Assembly (NCBI GenBank): GCA_035300255.1
Contig: DATGVR010000042.1
Coordinates: 1-51,483 of the forward strand
Reading direction: 5' to 3'
Length of the DNA stretch: 51,483 bases
DNA from: Nitrososphaerales archaeon
GTDB taxonomy: Archaea > Thermoproteota > Nitrososphaeria > Nitrososphaerales > Gagatemarchaeaceae
In this document: positions 42,214-51,471 of the stretch, piece by piece
Layout of the letters: the number at the start of each line of letters is the position of its first letter
How positions within the stretch are numbered: position 1 is the stretch's first letter
Notes under the pieces: model-generated
The model's database searches: none
Told to the model about the DNA's origin: nothing
The model's input: only the letters and a program-made list of their open reading frames with translations
Program-made: the position numbers and the translations under genes

Positions 42214-42849
42214 TTGGTTAAGGTGAAGGTCCTAGAGGACACTGGGAATTCCGTTACGCTCCAGCTTGAAGGGATAGACAGGTCGTACGCCAACGCCGTC
42301 AGAAGGTTCTGCATCTCCGAAGTCCCTTCCATGGCCATTGACGACGTTGTGATACTCGAGAACTCCTCGGTCCTCTACGATGAGATTTTGGCTCATAGGC
42401 TGGGAATGATACCCATCAAGACGGACTTGGAAAGGTACAACCTCCCCGAAGAATGCGACTGCGGCAATCCGCTCGGGTGCCACAAGTGTCGAGTCCTATT
42501 CGTCTTGGACGCAAAGGGAAAAGAAAAGGTTTCGACTGTAACCTCGGGCGACCTCGTATCAGAAGACAGGGAGGTCAGACCAGTCAGCGAGACGATACCT
42601 CTTGTGAAACTCGCCTTTGGCCAATCTGTGAAGCTTGAGGCTTACGCCCGACTGGGACGGGGGAAGGAACACGCGAAGTGGCAGCCATGCACGGTCTCGG
42701 CTCTGACGGACGGAAAGACTGAGGGGACGTTCAACCTCATGGTGGAATCGGCGGGGGGGCTCCCGGCCCGCCAGGTCGTACTGAAGGCGATTGAGCTTTT
42801 GGAGAAGAAGCTCAACGAGATTCAGGTCGCGGTCGGTGCTGCCAAGTGA
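42214..42849 (+). CDS. rpoD: DNA-directed RNA polymerase subunit D (Rpo3)
   Basis: NAVRRFCISEVPSMAIDDVVILENSSVLYDEILAHRLGMIP. Start is TTG 42214 or GTG 42223. Confidence 0.9.
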   Translation: MVKVKVLEDTGNSVTLQLEGIDRSYANAVRRFCISEVPSMAIDDVVILENSSVLYDEILAHRLGMIPIKTDLERYNLPEECDCGNPLGCHKCRVLFVLDAKGKEKVSTVTSGDLVSEDREVRPVSETIPLVKLAFGQSVKLEAYARLGRGKEHAKWQPCTVSALTDGKTEGTFNLMVESAGGLPARQVVLKAIELLEKKLNEIQVAVGAAK

Positions 42850-43199
42850 CGGCCTCGAACCCTGTTCTCCGGCAGACTTCTGTAATGTTAGAAAAGGCTG
42901 GAAAGAAGGAGAAGGCCCCAATTTGGCACGTGGCATCCAAGATGCTCTCGAACCCGGCCATCAATCGTGTCGAAGTGAACCTTACCAGGATATCGAGGGT
43001 CGCCAAGAGCGATCATCCTGTGTTTGTCCCTGGCAAAGTCCTCGGGACCGGATTGATAGACAAGAAGGTCATCGTCGGGGCGTTTTCTTTTTCGTCGGCC
43101 GCGAAGTCGAAGATCGAAGCATCTGGGGGTTCAGCTCTCTCCGTCGAAGAGTTCCTGAGAAAGTTCCCCAAAGGGAGCGGAGTAAAGCTTGTCCAGTGA
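42846..43199 (+). CDS. rpl18e: 50S ribosomal protein eL18
   Basis: SNPVLRQT...APIWHVASKML...VNLTRIS...VPGKVLGTG. GTGA overlap with the rpoD stop. Confidence 0.9.
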   Translation: MTASNPVLRQTSVMLEKAGKKEKAPIWHVASKMLSNPAINRVEVNLTRISRVAKSDHPVFVPGKVLGTGLIDKKVIVGAFSFSSAAKSKIEASGGSALSVEEFLRKFPKGSGVKLVQ

Positions 43200-43629
43200 G
43201 AGCACGGTATACGTCGACGCCTCGGACCAGATCGCGGGAAGACTATCGTCAAAGGTCGCCAAACTCATCATCTCGGGGAAGAGGGTCGTGGTTGTGAACG
43301 CGGAAAAGGCGCTAATCTCAGGGTCGAGGACCTCGGTCGTCACGGAGTGGACCAAAAAATTAGAGTTGTCCAGCAGGGTCAACCCAATCTACGGCCCGAT
43401 TCATCCCCGACGTCCTGACAACATCCTCCGCAGGATGGTGAGGGGAATGGTCCCAAGGAAGAAGCCCAAGGGGGCTCTGGCAATGAAGAGGCTGAGGGTA
43501 TACATCGGAGTGCCGTCCGAAGTCACAGGGTCGAAAATGACGAAGTTCGAGGACACGGCTGCGTCGCGCCCGATCCCGGTGTACGTGACCATGGCAGACC
43601 TGTCAAAGAGCCTCGGGTGGAACGAGTAA
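43189..43629 (+). CDS. rpl13: 50S ribosomal protein uL13
   Basis: VYVDASDQIAGRLSSKVAKLIISGKRVVVVNAEK. Confidence 0.9.
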   Translation: MSSESTVYVDASDQIAGRLSSKVAKLIISGKRVVVVNAEKALISGSRTSVVTEWTKKLELSSRVNPIYGPIHPRRPDNILRRMVRGMVPRKKPKGALAMKRLRVYIGVPSEVTGSKMTKFEDTAASRPIPVYVTMADLSKSLGWNE

Positions 43630-44063
43630 TCTTGCCAAGCCCTTCGCCCAAGACGCCGGTCAAGAAAGCCCCCAAGCTATATTCGGGGGCGAGGAAGACA
43701 GCGAGGGCGACGGCCGCAATAATGCCCGGCGGAGGCCGGATCCGCATCAATGGTACACCCGTCGAATTGTGGGAACCTGAGCCGGCTAGGTTACATCTCT
43801 TGGCTCCGGTCTATGTGGTAGGAGAGCTTAGAGAGAAGTATGACCTCGACGTAAGTGTGGGAGGAGGAGGCTTCATGGGGCAGGCCGACGCCGCCGCGAT
43901 GGCCATTGCAAGAGCATACGTCGACCAGGTCCGCGGTAACGAACTTCGGGAGAAGATGAATGCATACAATAAATACCTGTTATCTGGCGACCCGCGACAG
44001 GCAGAGCCCAAGAAGTTTGGAGGACCCGGAGCCAGAAGGAAACGACAAAAGAGTTACAGATAG
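43617..44063 (+). CDS. rps9: 30S ribosomal protein uS9
   Basis: SGARKTARATAAI...GGGFMGQADAAAMAIARA...RRKRQKSYR. Start is GTG 43617 or TTG 43632, the latter just after the rpl13 stop. Confidence 0.9.
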   Translation: MERVILPSPSPKTPVKKAPKLYSGARKTARATAAIMPGGGRIRINGTPVELWEPEPARLHLLAPVYVVGELREKYDLDVSVGGGGFMGQADAAAMAIARAYVDQVRGNELREKMNAYNKYLLSGDPRQAEPKKFGGPGARRKRQKSYR

Positions 44064-44066
44064 ACC

Positions 44067-44279
44067 ATGATGATCCCAATCCGCTGTTTCACCTGTGGCA
44101 ACCTCATCGGAGACAAGTTCGTAAGCTTCCAGTCAAGAACGAAGGGAGGCGAAGACCCGGGAAGGGTTCTGGACGATCTGGGGCTCAAGCGATACTGCTG
44201 CCGGCGCATGCTCATCTCATCCGTGGACGTGATCGACCAGGTCCTGCCCTTCTTCAGTCGGAAGGCAGAGCTGCAGTAG
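44067..44279 (+). CDS. rpoN: DNA-directed RNA polymerase subunit N (Rpo10)
   Basis: [14 protein letters not shown]...[10 protein letters not shown] zinc-binding motif. Confidence 0.95.
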   Translation: MMIPIRCFTCGNLIGDKFVSFQSRTKGGEDPGRVLDDLGLKRYCCRRMLISSVDVIDQVLPFFSRKAELQ

Positions 44280-44297
44280 CTGATAGGAAGACCAGCG

Positions 44298-44990
44298 ATG
44301 TCAGATATCGAGGATGACGAAGCCGGTTCAGCTGACAAGATGGTGGTCCATGGCCTCTCAGAGAAAGCTCTACTTGCCACGGGAATCCGCATCGGCACTC
44401 CAGTCCGCACCAAGACGATGGAAAAATTCACCGCGAGGCCGAGGCCAGACGGGCTCCACATGATAGACTACGCAAAGACGCTCGAGAGGCTCGAAGTCGC
44501 AGGGAAGTTCATAGCGGCCACGGGCCCCAAAAACACGGTCGTCTACACCAGCCGCGAGCACGGCGCCGTAGCTGTCGAGAAGTTCTGCGAATTGACCGGT
44601 GCGCTACCCCGGATAGGGAGGTTCATGCCGGGGACGTTCACAAATCCCCTGTACCCCGGGCACCTCGACGCCGAGCTCGTCGTCGTCGCCGATCCGATGT
44701 CCGACCAGCAAGCCATGGTCGAGGCAGGGAAGCTTGGCGTTCCTGTAATAGCCGTCTGCGACACCGACAACGTCACCGATGACATAGACCTCGTAATCCC
44801 GGGAAACAACAGGGGCCGAAAGGCCATAGCCGCCATCTTCTGGCTCTTGGCAAGGTTCACGCTCACCCATGCCGGACTTCTGGCCGCAGACCAGCCGATG
44901 AAGTATACCATCGAGGACTTCGAGACCAAGATTGATGAAGAGCAGAAGTCCGAGATGCTTGAAGAACGTATATCCGACCGACGCGAATAG
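44298..44990 (+). CDS. rps2: 30S ribosomal protein uS2
   Basis: LLATGIRIGT...DGLHMIDYAKT...VVADPMSDQQAMVEA. Confidence 0.9.
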   Translation: MSDIEDDEAGSADKMVVHGLSEKALLATGIRIGTPVRTKTMEKFTARPRPDGLHMIDYAKTLERLEVAGKFIAATGPKNTVVYTSREHGAVAVEKFCELTGALPRIGRFMPGTFTNPLYPGHLDAELVVVADPMSDQQAMVEAGKLGVPVIAVCDTDNVTDDIDLVIPGNNRGRKAIAAIFWLLARFTLTHAGLLAADQPMKYTIEDFETKIDEEQKSEMLEERISDRRE

Positions 44991-44999
44991 CACAGGCCG

Positions 45000-45842
45000 T
45001 TGCTTGTTAGGAAGCCGGCCGTCGCCGGCCAGTTCTATCCTTCGGACTCGGATGAGCTTTCTGCCGCAATCGACAAATGTTACTCACACCCGCTCGGTCC
45101 CGGACGTTCGCCTCTTGCACCGAAGGGGGACGCGAAGGTGGTCGCCGTGGTCTCCCCCCACGCAGGCTACATCTATTCCGGCCCAGTCGCAGCCCACAGC
45201 TACCTGCATGTTTCGTCCCTCCGCGACCCGGACCTTATCGTAGTGGTGGCTCCCAATCACTATGGGATCGGGAGCGGTGTGTCAACGTTCGAGAGCGGCG
45301 AGTGGGAAACCCCGCTTGGGAGAATGAAAGTCGACCCCATTGCCTCGAAACAGCTAGTTGAGCTGGCTGGGGTCGCGGCCTTCGACCCCGACGCGCAACG
45401 GCTGGAACATTCTCTCGAGGTCCAGCTCCCCTTCCTACAGAAAATCTTCGGTAGCGCCGTCCCCTTCCTCCCAGTTTCTCTGCTTTTTCAGGACGTCGAG
45501 ACTGCCTCGGCTGTCTCCAAGGCTTTGGTCGAAATCGTCCGAGGAAGAAAGGCGGTCCTTATCGCTTCGTCCGACCTGACCCACTACGAACCTGCTGAAG
45601 CCGCCAAGGAAAAAGACTCGGCCCTGCTACAGCAGGTCGAAATGATGGATGTCGAAGGCTTCTATTCGACCCTGGATAGGCTGCAAGTCACCGCATGTGG
45701 TTTCGGCGCCATAGCCACAGTGATGCAAGCAGCTCGCCTGCTCGGTCTTGCGAAGGGGGAACTCTTGAAGTACGCAACAAGCGGCGACATGACAGGAGAG
45801 AATCTTCAAGTCGTGGGTTACGGGGCCCTGAGATTCGTGTGA
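45000..45842 (+). CDS. MEMO1-family protein (AmmeMemoRadiSam system protein B-like)
   Basis: RKPAVAGQFYP N-terminus, SPHAGYIYSG, EHSLEVQLPFLQ, SSDLTHY. Confidence 0.85.
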   Translation: MLVRKPAVAGQFYPSDSDELSAAIDKCYSHPLGPGRSPLAPKGDAKVVAVVSPHAGYIYSGPVAAHSYLHVSSLRDPDLIVVVAPNHYGIGSGVSTFESGEWETPLGRMKVDPIASKQLVELAGVAAFDPDAQRLEHSLEVQLPFLQKIFGSAVPFLPVSLLFQDVETASAVSKALVEIVRGRKAVLIASSDLTHYEPAEAAKEKDSALLQQVEMMDVEGFYSTLDRLQVTACGFGAIATVMQAARLLGLAKGELLKYATSGDMTGENLQVVGYGALRFV

Positions 45843-46771
45843 GTTTGAAAGCTGTAGCTGAGGCGCCGTCAAAGGTAATAATCACCGGTGAGCATTTCGT
45901 CGTACACGGGGCCTGGGCCTTGGCAGCTGCTCTGCCCCGAGGGGTGAGGGTAGAGATGTCGAATTCCACCCGATTCGAGGCGACGTCGGACCGCTTCGCC
46001 AGCCAACAGACCCAGTTGAAACCGGTGGGCCTCGTCGTCGAGGAAATGGCTAGGGAATTCTCGGCCAAGCCCAAAGTCAAGGTTTCAATCTCTTCCGCCA
46101 TTCCCCAGGGGGCGGGACTTGGATCTTCAGCCTCCACTATGGTCGCTGTGGCTTCGGCGTTTTCCAGGCTCAATTCCCTTGGGCTTGGACCCGAAGAGGT
46201 CGCCAGGTTCTCCATGGCGGGAGAGCGAGCGATTCACGGGAAGCCTTCTGGAATCGATTCCGCCATTTGCTCCCACGGCGGCGTCCTTCTCTTTAGAGCG
46301 GGCCGCAGGCCGAAAAAGGTATCCTTCACGGGCCACAGATCGCTCATTGTCTCCTACTCAGGGCAGAGCAGAAGCACGAAAGGACAGATACGGCGCGTTT
46401 CCTCCTTCAAGGAGACCCTCCCGGGCCTGTTCTCCGTCGTCTCTGAGTCGGTGAGCGACCTTAGCCTTCAGGCAGCCGAAAGGCTCGCCGGCCGCGACAT
46501 GAGGGGTTTGGGAAAGGTCCTTAGCTTGAACCAGGCAGTCCTCGGATTCATTGGGGTTTCGAACCCCACCTTGAACTTGATGGTCGAGTACCTCGACTCC
46601 ACAGGGAGCTACGGGGCAAAACTAACTGGCGCTGGCGGGGGAGGGAGCGTGGTTGCAGTCGCGCCTGAGGCAAAGGAAAAAAGCATTGTATCGGGGCTCA
46701 AGGCGCGAGGGTTCGAGACGTTCATCGCCAGGGTCCCAGCCAAGGGAGTGAGAAGCTGGCTAGAACGGTAG
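45839..46771 (+). CDS. mvk: mevalonate kinase
   Basis: APSKVIITGEHFVVHGAWALAAAL, GAGLGSSAS (GHMP motif), KLTGAGGGGSVVA. GTG 45839 overlaps the MEMO TGA. Confidence 0.9.
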   Translation: MSLKAVAEAPSKVIITGEHFVVHGAWALAAALPRGVRVEMSNSTRFEATSDRFASQQTQLKPVGLVVEEMAREFSAKPKVKVSISSAIPQGAGLGSSASTMVAVASAFSRLNSLGLGPEEVARFSMAGERAIHGKPSGIDSAICSHGGVLLFRAGRRPKKVSFTGHRSLIVSYSGQSRSTKGQIRRVSSFKETLPGLFSVVSESVSDLSLQAAERLAGRDMRGLGKVLSLNQAVLGFIGVSNPTLNLMVEYLDSTGSYGAKLTGAGGGGSVVAVAPEAKEKSIVSGLKARGFETFIARVPAKGVRSWLER

Positions 46772-47502
46772 TCGCAAAGCTCGGTGGGTCGGTCATCACC
46801 GACAAGTCGAAGCCATTCTCATACCGTCCAGATGTCGTATCAGCTCTCTCCGAAGAAATCGCATCATGCGATGAGAAGGTTGTTGTGGTCCACGGAGGGG
46901 GCTCATATGGCCACACCGTCGCAAGGCAGCATGGAATCAATTCGAACCCAGGGCCTGCGCCCGCCTCGGGAGTGGCGCAGACCAGAGGTGCCATGTACGA
47001 GCTCAACCGTTTGGTCTGCAAGACCATGATGGAATTCAAGCTCAGCCCTTACCCGTTTTCGCCTTTCGACGCCATCAGCCGGGCAGGGAAGGCTCCTGTC
47101 GCCCAATGGATTCGCGGGCTCCTGAAGGAGAATCTGACACCGGTGACTTTCGGAGACGTCGGGCTTGCGCAGGGCGGGTTCAAGGTGATCTCCGGGGACG
47201 TGATCGTGCAGGAATTGGCCAAGATTCTCTCGCCTGAAAGGTGTGTGTTCGCCCTCGACGTGGACGGGGTCTACGAGGAGAACAGCCGGGTGATAATCCC
47301 CGAGCTCTCACCGTCAAAAATCAGGAGGATGAATGTGCTAAGCGGAACGGACGCGACTGGTGGGATGAAACTGAAGCTGGAGGTTGCTTCTAGGATCGCA
47401 GCCGGTGGTACCAAAGTCTGCTTTGTCTCCGGGTACAGGAGGAACGAATTCTCGAAAGCTTTGCGAGGCCTCGAGTTCTACGGGACAGTGGTAAGGTCCT
47501 AG
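46756..47502 (+). CDS. isopentenyl phosphate kinase (amino-acid-kinase fold), apparent CTG start
   Basis: VVAKLGGSVITDK and VVVVHGGGSYGH motifs. The frame opens at 46669, but the first ATG/GTG/TTG is GTG 46885, downstream of KLGGS. CTG 46756 is preceded by GGGAGTGA. Confidence 0.8.
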   Translation: MARTVVAKLGGSVITDKSKPFSYRPDVVSALSEEIASCDEKVVVVHGGGSYGHTVARQHGINSNPGPAPASGVAQTRGAMYELNRLVCKTMMEFKLSPYPFSPFDAISRAGKAPVAQWIRGLLKENLTPVTFGDVGLAQGGFKVISGDVIVQELAKILSPERCVFALDVDGVYEENSRVIIPELSPSKIRRMNVLSGTDATGGMKLKLEVASRIAAGGTKVCFVSGYRRNEFSKALRGLEFYGTVVRS

Positions 47503-47531
47503 GCCGACAAGAAGAGGCGCCAGCACGGAAT

Positions 47532-48563
47532 TTGTCCGACCTCCAGGGAGAGATGAAACGCATCAAGGGAAACGTCGACCGACTCATACTCACAAAGCTT
47601 CTCCCGAAATCGAGCAAGGTCAAGGAAGTCGACCTCCTCTACAAAATGATGAGGGACTATCCAGCGCGTCCAGCGAAGGGGATGAGGCCCTTTCTCTGCG
47701 TGACAACTTCGAGGGCAGCCGGAGGGACGGAGGAAGACGCGCTTCTTACCGCCGCCTGCATCGAGCTCTTCCAGAACTGGATTCTCATCCACGACGACAT
47801 AGAGGACGGCTCCGAGCTCCGCAGGGGCAAGCCTTCTTTGCATCGGAAACATGGCGTTGCACTTGCGCTGAACGCGGGCGATGCCCTGCACGCCCGAATG
47901 TGGGGGACACTCCTACTGAACGGGGACATGCTGGGCCTCAAGAAGACCTTACTGGTGATGAAAGAATTCTCTACCATGGTGAATGAGACGACCGAGGGTC
48001 AGCATATGGAGCTTGGATGGGTCGCCGCGAAAAGATGGGACCTCAATGAGAACGACTACTTTGAGATGTGCAAACGCAAGACTTCGTGGTATACTGTGGC
48101 GAGCCCTTGCAGGCTGGGGGCAATAGTCGCCGGGGCAGGGGAGAATGTCTTGGATGACCTGCTTGAATTCGGTGTCAACCTCGGGGTCGGGTTCCAGATT
48201 CAGGACGACGCCCTAAATCTCGTCGGCGACCAGAAGAAGTACGGAAAAGCGACCTCGGACGACATCCTCGAGGGGAAGAGGACGCTCATCATCTTGCACC
48301 TTCTCCAGAGGGCTGCCGGAGGAGAGAGAGAGAAGCTACTCTCCATAATGAACAAGGCGAGGCATGAAAAATCCAAGGCAGACGTTGCATTCGTACTTTC
48401 CATGGTTGACCGGTACGACGCCGTAGGTTATGCGAGGAAGCGGGCTTCGGAGCTAATGAAAGAGGCGGTCAGGATTTTACGTGGTATCAAATGGGAAGGA
48501 GACAGGGACGCGGTCGCACTCCTCGAAGCGTTCGCAAGGTTCGCAGTAGAGCGAGAATGGTAG
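47532..48563 (+). CDS. (geranyl)geranyl diphosphate synthase, trans-prenyltransferase
   Basis: First Asp-rich motif LIHDDIEDGSELRRG, second GFQIQDDALNL. Start is TTG 47532 or ATG 47553. Confidence 0.9.
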   Translation: MSDLQGEMKRIKGNVDRLILTKLLPKSSKVKEVDLLYKMMRDYPARPAKGMRPFLCVTTSRAAGGTEEDALLTAACIELFQNWILIHDDIEDGSELRRGKPSLHRKHGVALALNAGDALHARMWGTLLLNGDMLGLKKTLLVMKEFSTMVNETTEGQHMELGWVAAKRWDLNENDYFEMCKRKTSWYTVASPCRLGAIVAGAGENVLDDLLEFGVNLGVGFQIQDDALNLVGDQKKYGKATSDDILEGKRTLIILHLLQRAAGGEREKLLSIMNKARHEKSKADVAFVLSMVDRYDAVGYARKRASELMKEAVRILRGIKWEGDRDAVALLEAFARFAVEREW

Positions 48564-50278
48564 ACGAATCGCCGGAGCTCAACGAAAGGGAGCTCTCGAT
48601 CATCGAGAAGGCCGCTCTGGTCAACGCGGCAAAGCATGGAGGGAAAGCCGAAGTCGGCGCGGTCATCGGGAGGGTCCTCGCCGAACTGCCTGAGCTCAGG
48701 TCAGACCCAACCAGGGCGACGAGAGAAGTCTGGGCCACGATGAAGCGCATAAACGCGTTGTCGCAGTCTGAGCAAGAGCAGCTTCTCGCAAAGAAATACC
48801 CCGAATCAGCGACGCTCCAGGAGAGGGAGGGGAGGGTCGGTCTCGCACCGCTCCCGAACGCCCTGAAGGGAAAGACTGCCTTCCGTCTGCCGCCGGAGCC
48901 TTCAGGTTTCATGACAGTCGGCCATGCCATGGCTTTCACGATCAACTATCTGTACAAGGTTCAGTACGACGGCAAGCTCTGGCTCCGTTTCGAGGACACG
49001 AACCCCAGGAAAGTCGCCCTCGAGTACTACGAGAGCTTCAGGAGGGGCATCCGTTGGCTCTCCATAACGTGCGACTACGAGAAGAACGTCTCCGACGACA
49101 TGGACCTCATCTACGAGCATGGGCGGAAGCTCCTGGAAATGGGGAGCGCCTATGGCTGCTCCTGCGACGAGGCCAAGGTCAAGAGGCTAAGGTTCGAAGG
49201 AACCGCTTGCGAGCACAGAGAAAACTCCGTCGAGGCCAATCTTCGCATCTGGGATGAACTGTTGTCTGAGAAACACGAGCAGGGCTCCTTCGTTATCAGA
49301 TTCAAAGGTGACATGCAGAGCCCCAATTACTCCCTGAGGGACACCAACCTGTTCAGGATAATCAACCACCCCCACCCCCTCACAGGCGAGAAGTATACGC
49401 TCTGGCCGACCTACGATCTCGCCAACGCCGTCGAGGACGAAGTGTGTGGAATCACCCACGTCCTCAGGAGCTCCGAATTCAGGAATGAGCTGCAGCAGCA
49501 GATTCGCGACGCGCTGAAATTCAGGCATTTGGAGGTCATCCAATTCTCAAGATTCAACTTCAAGGGTACCCCCGTCTCGAAAAGACTTCTGAGGCCCCTG
49601 GTCGAAAAGAAACTCGTCTCCGGCTGGGACGACCCGAGGATGCCCACCGTAGACGGGCTCCGGCGCAGGGGAATTCTCCCCGAAGCGATAAGAGATTTCA
49701 CTCTGCAAGTCGGCTACACGAAGGCCGAACACGAGTACGACTGGAGCATACTCCTTTCGATAAACAGGAAGCTTCTCGACCCCGTCTCGAGGCGGATTTT
49801 CTTTGTGCCTGACCCCATCAGCTTGGTGGTCGAAGGCGCTCCAAAACGCATGGTGACGTTGACCTTCCATCCTCAGAAGGACCTGGGCAGCAGGTCAATC
49901 GCGACGGACGGGAACTTCTATCTCCCTTCGGGCGATCTGAAGGTCATCGAGAAAGGGTCTGTGTTCAGGCTAATGGACCTGTACAACGTAGAACTTACTT
50001 CCGCTGGCCCGAATCCGATCGGTAGATACGCGGGGGACGAGCTGGTCCAAGAATCAAAGAAAGTCCAATGGGTGACCCCCTCCCACAAGGAAGTGGATGT
50101 CCTGGTTCCGGGACCTCTATTCTTGGATGGGGACGTGTTCAACGAGGAGAGTCTCGGTGAGGTCCATGGGTATTCGGAGCTCGCGGTAGCCGACACCAAG
50201 GTCGGGGACATAGTTCAGTTTCCCCGCTTTGGGTTCTGCAGACTCGACGAATCGGGAAAGTTCATCAAGTCTGTTTAG
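48557..50278 (+). CDS. gltX: glutamyl-tRNA synthetase (archaeal GlxRS type)
   Basis: Archaeal N-terminal helical region (AALVNAAKHGGKAEVGAVIG), PPEPSGFMTVGHA (HIGH-like), FEDTNP, VLRSSEF. ATG 48557 overlaps the GGPPS stop. Confidence 0.9.
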   Translation: MVDESPELNERELSIIEKAALVNAAKHGGKAEVGAVIGRVLAELPELRSDPTRATREVWATMKRINALSQSEQEQLLAKKYPESATLQEREGRVGLAPLPNALKGKTAFRLPPEPSGFMTVGHAMAFTINYLYKVQYDGKLWLRFEDTNPRKVALEYYESFRRGIRWLSITCDYEKNVSDDMDLIYEHGRKLLEMGSAYGCSCDEAKVKRLRFEGTACEHRENSVEANLRIWDELLSEKHEQGSFVIRFKGDMQSPNYSLRDTNLFRIINHPHPLTGEKYTLWPTYDLANAVEDEVCGITHVLRSSEFRNELQQQIRDALKFRHLEVIQFSRFNFKGTPVSKRLLRPLVEKKLVSGWDDPRMPTVDGLRRRGILPEAIRDFTLQVGYTKAEHEYDWSILLSINRKLLDPVSRRIFFVPDPISLVVEGAPKRMVTLTFHPQKDLGSRSIATDGNFYLPSGDLKVIEKGSVFRLMDLYNVELTSAGPNPIGRYAGDELVQESKKVQWVTPSHKEVDVLVPGPLFLDGDVFNEESLGEVHGYSELAVADTKVGDIVQFPRFGFCRLDESGKFIKSV

Positions 50279-50350
50279 ACGGATTTTCGGCGCAATCGCC
50301 CCAACCGTTTATATCCTCGTCCTGAAGGGCTGGCTTGGGAGATTTGAAAG

Positions 50351-50737
50351 ATGACCCCAGGTCAGAAGCCGTATTACATCAAGTTCGAAACGCCCAAGGA
50401 AGTTTCTGAAGCCGCCTACGAAGTCCTACGGCAGGCCTCCCGAACCGGTAAAGTGCGCAAAGGGACGAACGAATCGACGAAAGCCATCGAAAGAGGCTTG
50501 GCAAAATTAGTCGTGATTGCCGAGGACGTGAACCCCCCCGAAGTGGTCGCCCATCTTCCAATTCTCTGCGACGAGAGGAAGATTCCGTATGTCTTTGTGC
50601 CATCGAAGGACCAGATCGGGCCCGCCATTGGAATAGACGTGTCCACAGCCTCTGCTGCGGTCCTTGATCCCGGTGAAGGGGCGCAAATCCTCGAACAGGT
50701 CACCCAAGAGCTGGCGAGGCTGAAGAAGGCCGCATGA
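50351..50737 (+). CDS. rpl7ae: 50S ribosomal protein eL8/L7Ae (kink-turn binding)
   Basis: [38 protein letters not shown]. Confidence 0.95.
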   Translation: MTPGQKPYYIKFETPKEVSEAAYEVLRQASRTGKVRKGTNESTKAIERGLAKLVVIAEDVNPPEVVAHLPILCDERKIPYVFVPSKDQIGPAIGIDVSTASAAVLDPGEGAQILEQVTQELARLKKAA

Positions 50738-50952
50738 GCAGCAAGAAGGAAGTCGAGACACTAACCCCGGCCGAAATCGTCCAGATAGTTGGCAGGACGG
50801 GGGTCGCAGGCGAAATCACCCAGGTCAGAGTCAAGATTCTGGAGGGAAAAGAAAAGGGAAGAATCCTTACGAGAAACGTCAAGGGACCGATAAGGCTGGC
50901 GGACGTCCTTGTTTTAAGAGAAACTGAAAGAGAGGCGAGGAAGCTCAAATAG
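50734..50952 (+). CDS. rps28e: 30S ribosomal protein eS28
   Basis: [27 protein letters not shown]...[22 protein letters not shown] overlap with the rpl7ae stop. Confidence 0.95.
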   Translation: MSSKKEVETLTPAEIVQIVGRTGVAGEITQVRVKILEGKEKGRILTRNVKGPIRLADVLVLRETEREARKLK

Positions 50953-51054
50953 GCCTTATTTTCCCAAACAAAATAGAATCCCGGGCTTCCTGAACAAATT
51001 ACCTGGGGGACTTCAAGCCGTTAGCCCTTCAAATTCTTTGAAGACATGTTCATT

Positions 51055-51471
51055 CTAGTTGGAATAGGTGGCAAGTAGAATCCTGGCTCTTTCGAGCTTC
51101 TCAGGATGCCAAAGAATTCTTCCCACCTTATCGAGCCATTTCCTCTTCCCACCTGATAGTATCTCAATCAAGTAATTGTTCTTTCTAGTCACAACTTCAA
51201 TCCCTCTTACCGTATGCCTGCGACCCTTCTTGCTGGAGAGTCTTGTTCTGACAGAGCTAGGCTCAACCTTCAACTTGCTAACAAGGGACAGCCTAGCGAT
51301 GCCTAGAAGCCGCCGGTCGCCATTATACATCGCAAAGATTCTACCGTGAGGGTACTCAATCGGCTGAGGCAAGAGTAGGCTCGCTTCTGCATCGCTTAGT
51401 CCACCTTGGACATCGGGTGCAAGCGCTTCATCCATCATCAGCGAGTAGATTGAATCGTATCGTGGTCGCAT
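51055..51471 (-). CDS. hypothetical protein (138 aa) in an AT-richer segment
   Basis: Long ORF with no overlapping conserved gene and no family recognised by eye. Local GC is ~42-50% on the counted lines. Confidence 0.45.
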   Translation of the reverse strand: MRPRYDSIYSLMMDEALAPDVQGGLSDAEASLLLPQPIEYPHGRIFAMYNGDRRLLGIARLSLVSKLKVEPSSVRTRLSSKKGRRHTVRGIEVVTRKNNYLIEILSGGKRKWLDKVGRILWHPEKLERARILLATYSN

